From: Anthoceros angustus | Taxonomy: Eukaryota; Plantae; Anthocerotophyta | Length of the DNA: 64,000 bases | NCBI GenBank assembly: GCA_010909165.1 | Contig: MU008151.1 | Location: 1 to 64,000, forward strand | Direction: 5' to 3' | Shown: in pieces, positions 23,912 to 34,122 of the stretch | How the letters are laid out: each line of letters opens with the position of its first letter | How positions within the stretch are numbered: position 1 is the first letter of the stretch | Made by a program: the position numbers and the translations under genes | Notes under the pieces: model-generated | What the model was told of the DNA's origin: nothing | Database searches by the model: none | Seen by the model: the letters and a program-made list of their open reading frames with translations, nothing else

Positions 23912-25274
23912 ATGGAGTTGGTTGCAGCTGCAACGTGGTGGACCGTTCTGGCAGTCTTGTTGTTGGGGAGTGCTTCCTCCTGCGGTGCCGCCGTGAACAG
24001 CAGCAATGTGGGCAGCCTTGCGTGGCCTGGCCCGTTGGATATCCTCAACGTCGGGGGAACGTACGGCTGGAACATCCCGCCCAACGGGACCTTCTTCACC
24101 GAGTGGGCGGATGGGAGCATGCCGGACGCTGCAATTGGGAATGTGTTAGGTCGGAGCTCTTGTCCTGCTAGCCTGAGTTTGGGTTTACAGCACACCTCCT
24201 GCTTGCCTCACTGAGGCGCCGTTGCCACAGTCTTCAGGTCCAATCCAGGCTCCAACAGTAGCGTCGTTGTCTTCACCACCAGTGACCCGTCCGTAACCGC
24301 TCAAAACATATGCCAGAACAAGAATGTGGCAGGGTCCTCTTGGGGGACCAACCATTTCACGACTCAAGTCAGCCTCATCTTGCTCAAGGCTGGGGTCACG
24401 TACTGGTTTGTGTCAGGGTATGGAGGGGACTGTGAGGCTGGGATGGCCTTCAAGGTCACGGTGAGTCAGGGATCTGTTCCTGATGTCACACAGAGGGATG
24501 TTGGCGTGGCCTACAATGTGGAGTATTCTGATACCAGTGGGGCGAAGGTTTCTGGCTTCGGCTCTTTGATAGCACACCAGCCTGCATCATTTGACAACTC
24601 GTCTGCCAATGCAGGGAGGTATTTCAACGGAGATGCCTTGAGTAAGTAGATTTGTCTCCAACAAGCTTCAGCTCTGAGTTGCAGGGGCCGGTTTAACATG
24701 ACGTGAATTATGGTCGTTTCTGTACTCCAGATATCGCTTTCTTTGAGTACAACAAACTGTTTGTGAGTGCAAAATCGGGGGGTGAGGCCTCCTGCCAGAA
24801 TTTTGATACACAGATTTCTCTTGGCGGTGGACTCTCCACGAATTCCTCCAACAATTTGCTGTATCTGAGTGTGTTCCTTAGAGTATCCGATGGTGATCAC
24901 TACTCCTACTTCTTGTCGGCCACCGATAACTGCGATCAAGGGATCAAAATAGTAGACCTCTCCATCCGAAAAACGTCCGCTGCAGGTCAGAGCTTCTCAA
25001 ACTAGGCGGGAGCATAGATGTTTCTACCAGCCCTGCTTACAGGTGTCACTCCCTCAATGGGTGCAGGTACTTGTTCCGAGAATCCAGGATCGCCGTACAT
25101 CTGTTCACATGCAAGCACAATTTCAGGTTCGGCTGACACTGTCTTCCAATATGATATGAACATGCATGTTTCTTACCTGTTCAGTAAAGAAAAGGGTGGT
25201 GGCTTGCAGGTTACAAACTGCTGATCGGCTCTTCCTTTCTCTTCGTTATTCATCTTTTTGTGGTGTGCTTATGA
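23912..25274 (+). CDS. Phytocyanin domain fused to an unrecognised domain, GPI-type tail (paralog B, 350 aa)
   Basis: Exons 23912-24149, 24231-24641, 24731-24985, 25043-25126, 25210-25274 total 1053 nt and are open, with the same intron phases as paralog A. LNVGGTYGW...GNVL|VF, YWFVSGYGGDCEAGMAF, RDVGVAYNV...GFGSL...YFNGDAL, TCSENPGSPYIC, hydrophobic end LLIGSSFLFVIHLFVVCL*. Confidence 0.82.
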
Positions 25275-25481
25275 TTGGAAGCTACATGATTAGCACGACT
25301 GAAGGATCAGATGTAGACACAATAATTTGTACATTTCACTGTGGTGTGTAATTACTTTCCGGATTGTGCTACAACATTACTGAACTTTGACTGCCAAGAT
25401 GGAAATTGGATGGAAACTTCCCTACTGTTCCCTCCTGCAAATAACTAGCGTAGTTCAAGATTCCACAACTTGGACTCTACT

Positions 25482-26755
25482 TCAATCAAGTTGGATGGAG
25501 ACTTTCCCCAAAGCTCTTCCCTTCTGCAAGTAGCTGAACGCTTCCAGCACATCAGTGAACTTGTAGGGCGAGGTTGGGTCTTGGATGGGCTTCACTGTTC
25601 CGTTCTCAAAGTAGGGGTTCAACCGGGTCAAGTTGGCTCCAGAAGGAACGAGACTGAAGGGCTGGAAGTTTGGTGCCAGGTTTTGAAATTCGGCTACTGC
25701 AGCACCAACACCTCCCTCTTTCAGAACCTGTACACCCTTGGCTGACTCTCCTGCAGAGAGAGAAGTCCCGATCACGCTTGTCAACACGCAACGACCGGAC
25801 TTTGCAGACTCTCAGGGTCCATAAGAAGGTGAGCATAGCCAACTCATCAGTACCGTTAGTGAACTCACCAATGGTATCGAACACGAAATCGTACTTCTGA
25901 GGCAGCTCCCAATAGTTGGTTTTACTGTAATCTATTGCAACGTCTGCACCAAGGCTTTTGATAAACTCCTGCTTCGCGCTGCTTGCTGTTGCTGCGATGA
26001 GCGAGGCTTTGAATTCATGTTTCGCAAGCTGGAATATACACGACAAGAGTGAGGAACAGAAAGTGCAGGCTCCTCCAAGCAATGTCCGGATCAAAAGCGG
26101 TATCAACAACAGTACCTGGATGGCAACAGAGCCCACACCCCCGGCACCCCCAACAATGAGCACCGACTGCCCAGGCTTGAAATTAGCGATGTCAAAGGCA
26201 TGCTGCGCAGTGAGAGCAGCTACAGGAAGGCCTGCAGCCTCCACGAAGCTCAAGTTCTTGGGCTTGAAAGCGACCAGCTTCTCTTCTACCGCAACGTGCT
26301 CTGCTAGTGTCCCGAACCTCTTGGGTTTCACAATCGAGCTCTCGTGCACATCGGCATAAACTTCGTCCCCCTCCTTGAAGCCTTTCACATCCTTCCCCAC
26401 CTTCACCACTATCCCCGCCACGTCGTAACCGGGGACGTGCTGCTCAGTCACACGAAAAAATGCAATACGGAATCAGAGAGAGCAAAGCCGCCTCCAAAGT
26501 TCCCACAGCGCAACATTAAAATCTGATTAGAGTGGTTGGCCAGCTTACCGGAATTTCAGAATCAACAGCTGCAAATTTTCCTCCAGCTCGCGCAGAGTCG
26601 ATTGGGTTGAGACTGGCAGCCTTCACCTTAATCAGCACCTGGTCGTCGGCCACCTCTGGCACCTCTACGTTGTCCTCCAATTTGAGGACCTCCTGAATGG
26701 GGCCATACTTCCGGTAGATCCAAGCTCTGTGTGTCTCGGGCACTTGATACGCCAT
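25482..26755 (-). CDS. NADPH-dependent enone/quinone oxidoreductase (MDR family, 2-methylene-furan-3-one reductase-like)
   Basis: 4 exons; motifs VKAASLNPID, PGYDVAGIV, GTLAEHV, VLIVGGAGGVGSVAIQLAK, GRALGKV. Confidence 0.93.
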
Positions 26756-27135
26756 GGTCTCCGATTCTGTCGGTCGATACTCTACACACCACAATTCGAC
26801 GGAGCACCTTTGTACTGACTCACACCAAAGCTTGACACCCACTTGCATTATATGGGGGATTGGGCCACCTAAAATCTATGAAACTTCGCGAGAAGCTTCC
26901 TCGCACCTCCCACTGCTTGTGAGAACATTAGAGCTGCCCGCTTCGGAACATTAGACCTGACCAGGTGCATACAGAATTTACAGGAGAATATCCCTCTGCA
27001 TTTAACACATAGGCTTGAGGTTGTGCACGACCACGACGTTAGGAATTAGGATCACGCAGGACGCTGCTCCTACAGAGAGTCCAAGGCGACGACAATCCTT
27101 TTTAATATTATCTTGGGTCCCCGTGAAGGGGGGTG

Positions 27136-27331
27136 GGGTGCGCCTGGCAATGGACGTAGTGCAATACCAAAGCGACGCGCCCAGGGCCGAGGTAGCAAGC
27201 CACCCCATGAGGCCATGGCCCCTGAAAGAAATTAGATTAATATCATGTGAGTCGATGACCCACGTATCAGATATTAAACTGATAAGAACAGATACTACAC
27301 TTGATCTTAGCCAAAAGGCCGAGAAAGGTAT
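27136..27331 (-). ncRNA. U2: U2 snRNA, copy 1
   Basis: AUACCUUUCUCGGCCUUUUGGCUAAGAUCAAGUGUAGUAUCUGUUCUUAUCAGUUUAAUAUCUGAUA includes the branch-pairing GUAGUA; loop IV UAUUGCACUAC present. Confidence 0.97.
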
Positions 27332-27392
27332 GAAGCTTACCGGTTAGCGTCCGTTTTTTATTGCCGCCCGACGACGCTGGTCATTTCGTGGA

Positions 27393-27403
27393 CAATATGG
27401 GAT
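27393..27403 (-). promoter_or_regulatory. snRNA upstream sequence element (USE) variant ATCCCATATTG
   Basis: At -62 to -72 from the U2 start, with an A-rich TATA-like box near -25 to -30. The same core occurs at the same spacing in U2 copy 2. Confidence 0.75.
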
Positions 27404-27503
27404 ATTGATTCCAGGCCCTTGTACACGAACTTGTCCGGTGTAGGGGCTCGGTGATTTTGATGCGGGTGCGTGGGCTGGGCGTGCGATTTTTCGCCGAGCG
27501 GCT

Positions 27504-29451
27504 ATGGGTCGAGAGTGCGAAGTCTGCAAGGACAGGCGAGCTGCTCTTCGACGGCCCAAGACAGCGCAGCAGGTGATTTCCTTGACGGTGTGGAATAATC
27601 TGCTCCTTCACAAGGATCAACAGCTCTGACAGTACACTCTTCCATGTTGCAGATTTGCCGGGAGTGCTTTTACAGTGTGTTTGAAGAGGAGATTCACAAC
27701 ACGATTGTGGAGAATTCCCTTTTCAAGCCGGGGGAACGTGTGGCCATAGCTGCGTCGGGTGGTAAAGGTGGGTGTTGGCAAGTTGGAACGTGTTTGTGTT
27801 TGGCTTTCAGATTCTTACTCATGATACAACTTGCAGATTCTACTGTGTTGGCACATGTGCTAACGGAGCTGAACAGGAGGCACAAGTATGAGCTGGATTT
27901 GTTCCTCCTTTCAGTTGATGAGGGTATTACAGGTTACAGGGATGACTCGCTTGAGACTGTGAAACGAAATGAAGTCCAGGTACATTAGGGCTTTGTCAGT
28001 GGCCATGCTGTGATTCTGGTTTCAGGTTAGGATGGTCCTTTCGTGTGACTGGTCTTCGTCTCCTTGGGTTTGCAGTATGGGGTTCCGCTGGAGGTGGTCT
28101 CCTATAAGCAGCTCTATGGATGGACTATGGATGAGATTGTCAAGGAAATAGGTCGGAAAAACAACTGCACTTTTTGCGGAGTATTTCGTCGCCAGGTAAC
28201 AACTGTTTCGGAAGATGGGCAGTCATGCGTTTGGTGTGATGCCGATTTGGCCTGGCCATTCATGTTGCATCAGCATGTTATTCACAGGGGAACTCCTAGC
28301 AGCTGTGAGAGTTTTACTGGACTGTTCCTGTGTTCCTAGGCCTTGGATAGAGGAGCTGCACTGATGCGGGCCGATAAAATGGCAACAGGTCATAATGCAG
28401 ATGATATGGCAGAGACAGTGTTGCTCAACATTTTGAGAGGGGATATTGCTCGGTACTACGTGCTGAACTTGTTTGAGCTTCTTCATGTGTGTTAAAGGGT
28501 GTGATAGCATGTTGTCTTCACAACTGTAGTTTCAGCACCAGTGACTAATGACACGCACAGGCTGCAGAGGTGCACGTATATCACAACTGGAGAAGATGGA
28601 GCTCTGCCTCGCTGCAAGCCTTTCAAGTACACTTATGAAAAGGAGATCGTCATATATCCTACTAGTAGGCTCTGAAGGATTTTTGTTGAATCGTTGTAAG
28701 GTTCCCTTTTTCTTTCATGGCATGTTGCACAGTTCCATGGTATGTTGGCTCCTTAACAATGCTGCACGTACGCATACTTCAAGAAGCTGGACTACTTCTC
28801 TACTGAATGTAAGCCAACGGCCTAGAAACCCTTCCTTCGCTGTGTGGCTTGTGAAGTTGTTGCAGTCAAGCTCAGCTACTTTATCAGTGAGGCGGGTTAC
28901 AAGGCTCTAATGTGTGTGCAGGTATCTATTCACCAAATGCCTATCGAGGCTTTGCTCGAGAATTTATTAAGGACTTGGAGCTCGTAAGGTGAGCTGAGGG
29001 TTGTCAAGTTGTGAATTCAGCTCCTGGTTGAAACGCTGGTATCAGTCTAGTGACCCGTGTATGTGGTGAGGATGGTTAGACCCCGAGCAATTCTGGACAT
29101 CATCAGGTCTGCGGAAAGATTCAGAATTTCTTCCACGGCAAGAATGCCGGAGCAAGGCGTCTGTGGGCGCTGTGGGTACATATCCAGCCAGGTAATTGCA
29201 GTATAAGGTTCTCTTGGTGATGAGATTTGTTGGAGGGAAAACGGTCGTGAGTGACGAGAATTGTGGTGTGACAGACATTGTGTAAGGCCTGTGTGCTATT
29301 AGATGGCCTCAATAAGGGCCAACCACGGCTTGGTATCAGCCGAACAAGAGGATCCAAGAACGTCATGACTGGAAAGTTGTCAGCAGGAGTAGCGAAGAAG
29401 CTGGAAGAGGCTAAGCTGGATAATAGTCCAGACACCTATCTCGATTTTTAA
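27504..29451 (+). CDS. CTU1: Cytoplasmic tRNA 2-thiolation protein 1
   Basis: [98 protein letters not shown]; multi-exon. Confidence 0.96.
28654..28767 (+). other. U12-type (minor spliceosome) AT-AC intron in CTU1
   Basis: 5' end ATATCCTA, branch site TCCTTAAC at 28750-28757, 3' end GCAC. Removal restores [16 protein letters not shown]. Confidence 0.92.
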
Positions 29452-30135
29452 TTGGCCCTGTTCTATCTCAGTAGACAAGCTTGCGTCCCGTCGGTTCAGT
29501 GCTGCTCACCAAGACAGGAAGACCGGATGTTATATTTCTTGGTCGACTGTACAAATGTCCCCTTCCCACAGTCTTGATCCGTCCTTGAGAAGGTCGCCAC
29601 CCAAGAGTTTGTGGCGTGTACGCGCCCGCACTGTTCACAGCAACTTCCATCCGTATAGCTAGCCGCCAAGACACTAAAACACCTTTCCAGTTCATGTCAA
29701 GCTTCCCAAGATCAATTCAATGAGTCAGCAACAAAGAGGACGGACACGACATCCAGGTCAAAGGTTGGCTGGCACCTGTACCGTGTGGGCCAAAGTTGAC
29801 CGTGATGCCTGCTGGATCTGAAGGCCGGCCTCCAAGACTTGAGTCACGCAGCCTATGTGGTGCAGGCAGGCACTGCAGCCCAGGCCCCCTTGTGTCGGTT
29901 AACCGGTAGGAGGACACAAGTACATGTGATACACTGTAAGCACACACACTGCCATCCCATGCTTCCGAGCTGGAAGCAACCCACCACCTAAAGCGCTCAT
30001 GAATCAATGTCTATCATGGCCTAGGCTACAGCGCATTCAATGTACAACTGCTCCCACCGACTCTGTTCTGCCTGCCATGTGATAGGCACAAGCAATGGGT
30101 GCGGGACTTCGAGTCTGACATCTGCCACCGAACTC

Positions 30136-31096
30136 TCAGCTTTCATCTTCCACTGCAGGGACCCGTTCCGTGTGCTTGTAAATAGCGGCCAGTATTCTAC
30201 TCTTCTCTCGGGTGGGGAATGCCTCAACCAACTCCCCATTCTTGTAAAAGTGGAACAACGGTACAGCCTGTCACAGAAGCGCTCATAACTGCGTTGGTGC
30301 ACATACATACATACTTACTGAAACGACACACAGCAGAAGCATCCCAGGAGTCCAGTCTTCATTCACACATGCCAGTCATTCCCAGAGGCAAGCCAAACTC
30401 CGCGTAAACACATCCATCATACCCGAATTTTGAAACCTGCTGCAACCTCAGACTGCTCCTCATACTCGTCCATGACCTACAGTGCGCTTCAGTTAGCTTT
30501 CCCCTTGAATCCACACTACTGCAAAAGTCGGGTACACCTGCCAAGGATGCTACCACTCAGTTTCGAAAGTGGCTCCTCACATTATGCTTGAGGAAGATGA
30601 CAGGTGCATTGCCGTTGCCAGCCCCTTTACAAAGCTTGATGAAGCCTTTCTCGATATACTTGCAGCTGCCACAAGCTGTCCGATAGAAGTCCACCACAAC
30701 TAGGGAATTGTCCAACTTCGACTCTGCCAGAATCTGTTCAAACTCGCTGCTGGTTTTGAACTCCCTCACGCAATCCACAGGACAGGTACCCTCATCGTCG
30801 TCATCATCCTGCATCAAGGCCCTTCGAGCTTCCTCCTCTGCCTTTTGCTTTCTATACCTAGCAGAATTCAGAAGTGCTCTAGGGCTTGATGAGAGACTAG
30901 GGCAGTCCCTCATCAAGACCTTGATCCCTCCCTGTTCCATCATCGCATCCAACCGTAGCCCCATCATTCTATCACTGCGACATATTCTGGTAAGAGAATA
31001 AGGTATGGCTTGCCGGAACCAGGATGAACAGACGGGCGTGTCTGACTGAACAGATGGGCAACAAAAACCTACAGCTGCCGAGGATGAGCCTGCCAT
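30136..31096 (-). CDS. Chloroplast thioredoxin-like protein 4 (atypical CGSC site)
   Basis: CPVDCVREFKT...VVVDFYRTACGSCKYIE...VIFLKHN|VMDEYEEQSEVA|AVPLFHFYKNGELVEAFPTREK; 3 exons with transit-peptide-like N-terminus. Confidence 0.9.
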
Positions 31097-31990
31097 GACC
31101 TCCACTTGAAGGCTGAGATGGAAATTGAATTCGATCCACCAGATCGCTGAGCACCTCCAACTCACTCCAGTGCTGATAGCTAGCTGCACCTCGATTGACG
31201 TCCAGAAAGGTAGGAAATCCTGACAAGCACAAAACCTCCACTTGTGAGGCTTTATCGTGAAGAGTGCGGATTGCGCAAAGCAGCAAAATGATTTTGCACC
31301 TGGATTAACAGCACTCAGAAAGGTGGGAAAATCCTGATCAGTACAATTCCGCCACTCCAATCGTGAAACTCACCGTGAAGAGTGCAGATTCCGCAAGCGG
31401 GCAATGACTGGCCGACATCGCTGATATTCTTCAGATATTTTCTTGGAACGGAGCACTTGTCCGGAAGTGGTGCTTTGTGGGACTCAGCATCACCAAAACA
31501 GGTGCTTATATAATCTCAAACATGGTGTCTAATAATCAGACAATAAAGAAGGGGCTGACTTTACCTCGTCTGCTGGTGTACCAACGTATGTACTTTGTCC
31601 TGCCTGCCTGCAGGCTTTCTTTCACCTACCTCTGTCGTTGGCCGCTCTTGCTTTGAGCACCCTAGATAACTATATATATGGATATATTATATTATATTAT
31701 ATATGGATATATTATATTATATTTATAATGACGTGATCTTTATTTGTTGCCAATGCCAATTGAAGTATTTGGTTGCTAGTTTATAGGAGCTACATGCAGT
31801 ACATGCATATGAGTTCTTCATATAGTATTTAGTTATATGTCCTATAATCTTTTTTTGTTGACACATGAGGCGCACTATGCTATGGTGTACTCAATGCTCA
31901 CTTCTAAAAAGTTTGTTTGTGAGTGTTGTAAGTATGGAAAAAGTTCCCCAACTCATCCTCCTGGGGTACCTAACGCACACATCTCAAATA

Positions 31991-32090
31991 TTTGCGTACA
32001 TTGGGTTAGGGTTGCATTAGGGTTTGCGTACATTGGGTTAGGGTTGCATTAGGGTTTGCGTACATTGGGTTAGGGTTGCATTAGGGTTTG
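31991..32090 (+). repeat. 32-bp tandem repeat x3 containing TTAGGG motifs
   Basis: Unit tttgcgtacattgggttagggttgcattaggg, three exact copies. Confidence 0.9.
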
Positions 32091-32183
32091 ACAGCCGTTG
32101 TCGACCTTATTAACATGCAAACATGTTGACAATGCAATGCACCCTAAACTCGGCCTAGTAGCTTCACCATTTGAAGCAGGCCT

Positions 32184-32348
32184 GGCAACTCTCGAAAGCG
32201 CCGTAGGAGACTGAAAATTGAAATGGAGCCATGAGGCAAGGCAACTCTCGATAGCGCCGTAGGAGACTGAAAATTGAAATGGAGCCATGAGGCAAGGCGG
32301 TTTGCTTTCAACACCCTCAAAATTGAAATGGGAGCCATGAGGCAAGGT
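32184..32348 (+). repeat. 56-bp tandem repeat, two copies plus a partial
   Basis: Unit ggcaactctcga(a/t)agcgccgtaggagactgaaaattgaaatggagccatgaggcaa. Confidence 0.85.
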
Positions 32349-33230
32349 TCTTCAAGTGCATGTTCACATGTGCCATATGTAGATGAGAATACACATAGAT
32401 ACAATATTAAGGAGAGAGTGCAGAAAAGTTTTTGTATGAAACCTTGGAATTGGGTACACCATATTATGCACCCATATAAACTTATCATATAGAACAATGC
32501 AAATTCATCATTGTTGTGCCCTATCAATCCACCCCATATATAATGACAATCTTATGATCCAAAGGTCAGCTCTACGATAGATATATATGAATAATAATAT
32601 AGTGCAGATACTATCTAATAAAAAATATAATGAACTCAAAGATATAAATATAAATTATAAATGTGAGTCAACTATATACCTATACATATTTCAAGTCCGA
32701 GACCGAGATATTTGTGAGGACAAATATACTCCCGAACAAGGCAGATAGAATCCACATAGGTATCCCACACAGCGAAGGCAGTAAAAAATATTAAAAAAAG
32801 CCGTGAAAGAAAAAACAATATGGATGCGTGAGAGCACGGAAGCGTGGCCCGTGGGTACTTGATAGGCGATTCCAAGCACAAGTTCCGGTGGCGCTCCAGG
32901 TGGCGCGCCGCCGCTTCCGCCTCCAGGTTGTGGCCGCGTATGAGTACATATTAGGGCTCCCAAAAGCGGGAGGGACCTACTGTTTGGATTTGCCAATTTG
33001 GGACACTGCTGATATGTTTGGGATCTTTGCTATTCTGGGGGAACGCCAACTGCATGGCAGGCGCCAATACACCGGACAACCTGCAGCTTTCGGTCTTCCG
33101 TGCATACATGCATGACTGAAAACCCGATTATCATGCCTCGGACCATGAGCACAAGAAAGTGTCAAATGGACGCACATCTATAACAACGCTGTTATTAAGC
33201 ATCCTGCGCTTCGCTCGGTACTCAGATCGG

Positions 33231-33308
33231 ATGCCTGAAGGGAAGATGCGGTGCCTGAAGGGAAGATGGGGTGCCTGAAGGGAAGATGCGGTGCCTGAAG
33301 GGAAGTGG
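33231..33308 (+). repeat. 20-bp tandem repeat, about 4 copies
   Basis: Unit tgcctgaagggaagatgcgg. Confidence 0.85.
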
Positions 33309-34034
33309 AAGCCCCTGGGCAAGTAGCTTACACACATCACCATGGTACAAGAGTTGTTAAGTAGCAAGGCTTGAATAAATGTGTTTTTCTTCTTGTATAA
33401 TATATGTTATTTTTTCTTTTCTTTGTGTATGGCGACGCCTGGACGCATAATGCGCTATGGGCATATGGGGAGACCGAGAACCGGCAGAGGGCCGGAGGCG
33501 GACCGTGGTCGTACCAGTACCAGCGCCGGGAGGAGAGCCATATATAGTTCCGCCAGTGCGTAGTGCCCATTACCTCCCTCCTGCATGCGGGTTCGATCTG
33601 GGTGTGGTATAGCCCAGGTACGACGCACCCACTGCGCCTCGGGGGGCCTCTTGGACGCCGGAACGTGCTCCTTAAAAAGCTCTCCCCTCTTCCTGGCTCT
33701 CCTCTTTTCGGGAGAGCTACAGACTTGTACTTGGCATTCGCGGAAACACGCCTCGCGATTCTTCGTCTCCTTCCGGGGGAAAGGAGGCGCGACGCGAGTC
33801 CAGGCCACGCGCGGCACGGCCGCGTCCAGCTCCAGCTCCAGCTTTGCTCCAGCTTTGCTCGCTGCGTGCGTCTCCTCCAGCGGCGCCGGGGTCTGGTCTG
33901 GTCTGCTCTGGCCAGGCCCGTTCATTTCGGTGCTGGGTCGTGAGGCGCAGGCGCAGGCGCAGGCGCAGGCGCGGCGCGGGGCGAGTCGCCGGATTCGGGC
34001 TCGCTCTCAGGCCGATCCGAGGCCGCGGCGTCTC

Positions 34035-34061
34035 ATGGACGCGGAGACCCGTGTCTTGTAG
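34035..34061 (+). promoter_or_regulatory. Upstream ORF MDAETRVL* in the H+-ATPase leader
   Basis: ATG 34035 to TAG 34061, ending 61 nt before the main ATG. Confidence 0.55.
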
Positions 34062-34122
34062 CAGCAGCCGGGAGGAGAGCTCCGGCGGCTCGGGCTGGTT
34101 GCGGAGGCGCGCGGGCCGCGAC

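Larger units (their letters stand above)
31660..33400. mobile_element. AT-rich non-autonomous TE-like region with several minisatellites
   Basis: TA-rich ends and three separate internal tandem arrays; no credible ORF. Confidence 0.45.

Noticed and set aside
2900-25274. miR408 target sites or hairpin linked to the phytocyanin genes
   Set aside because: I found no good match to the miR408 sequence or its complement by eye.
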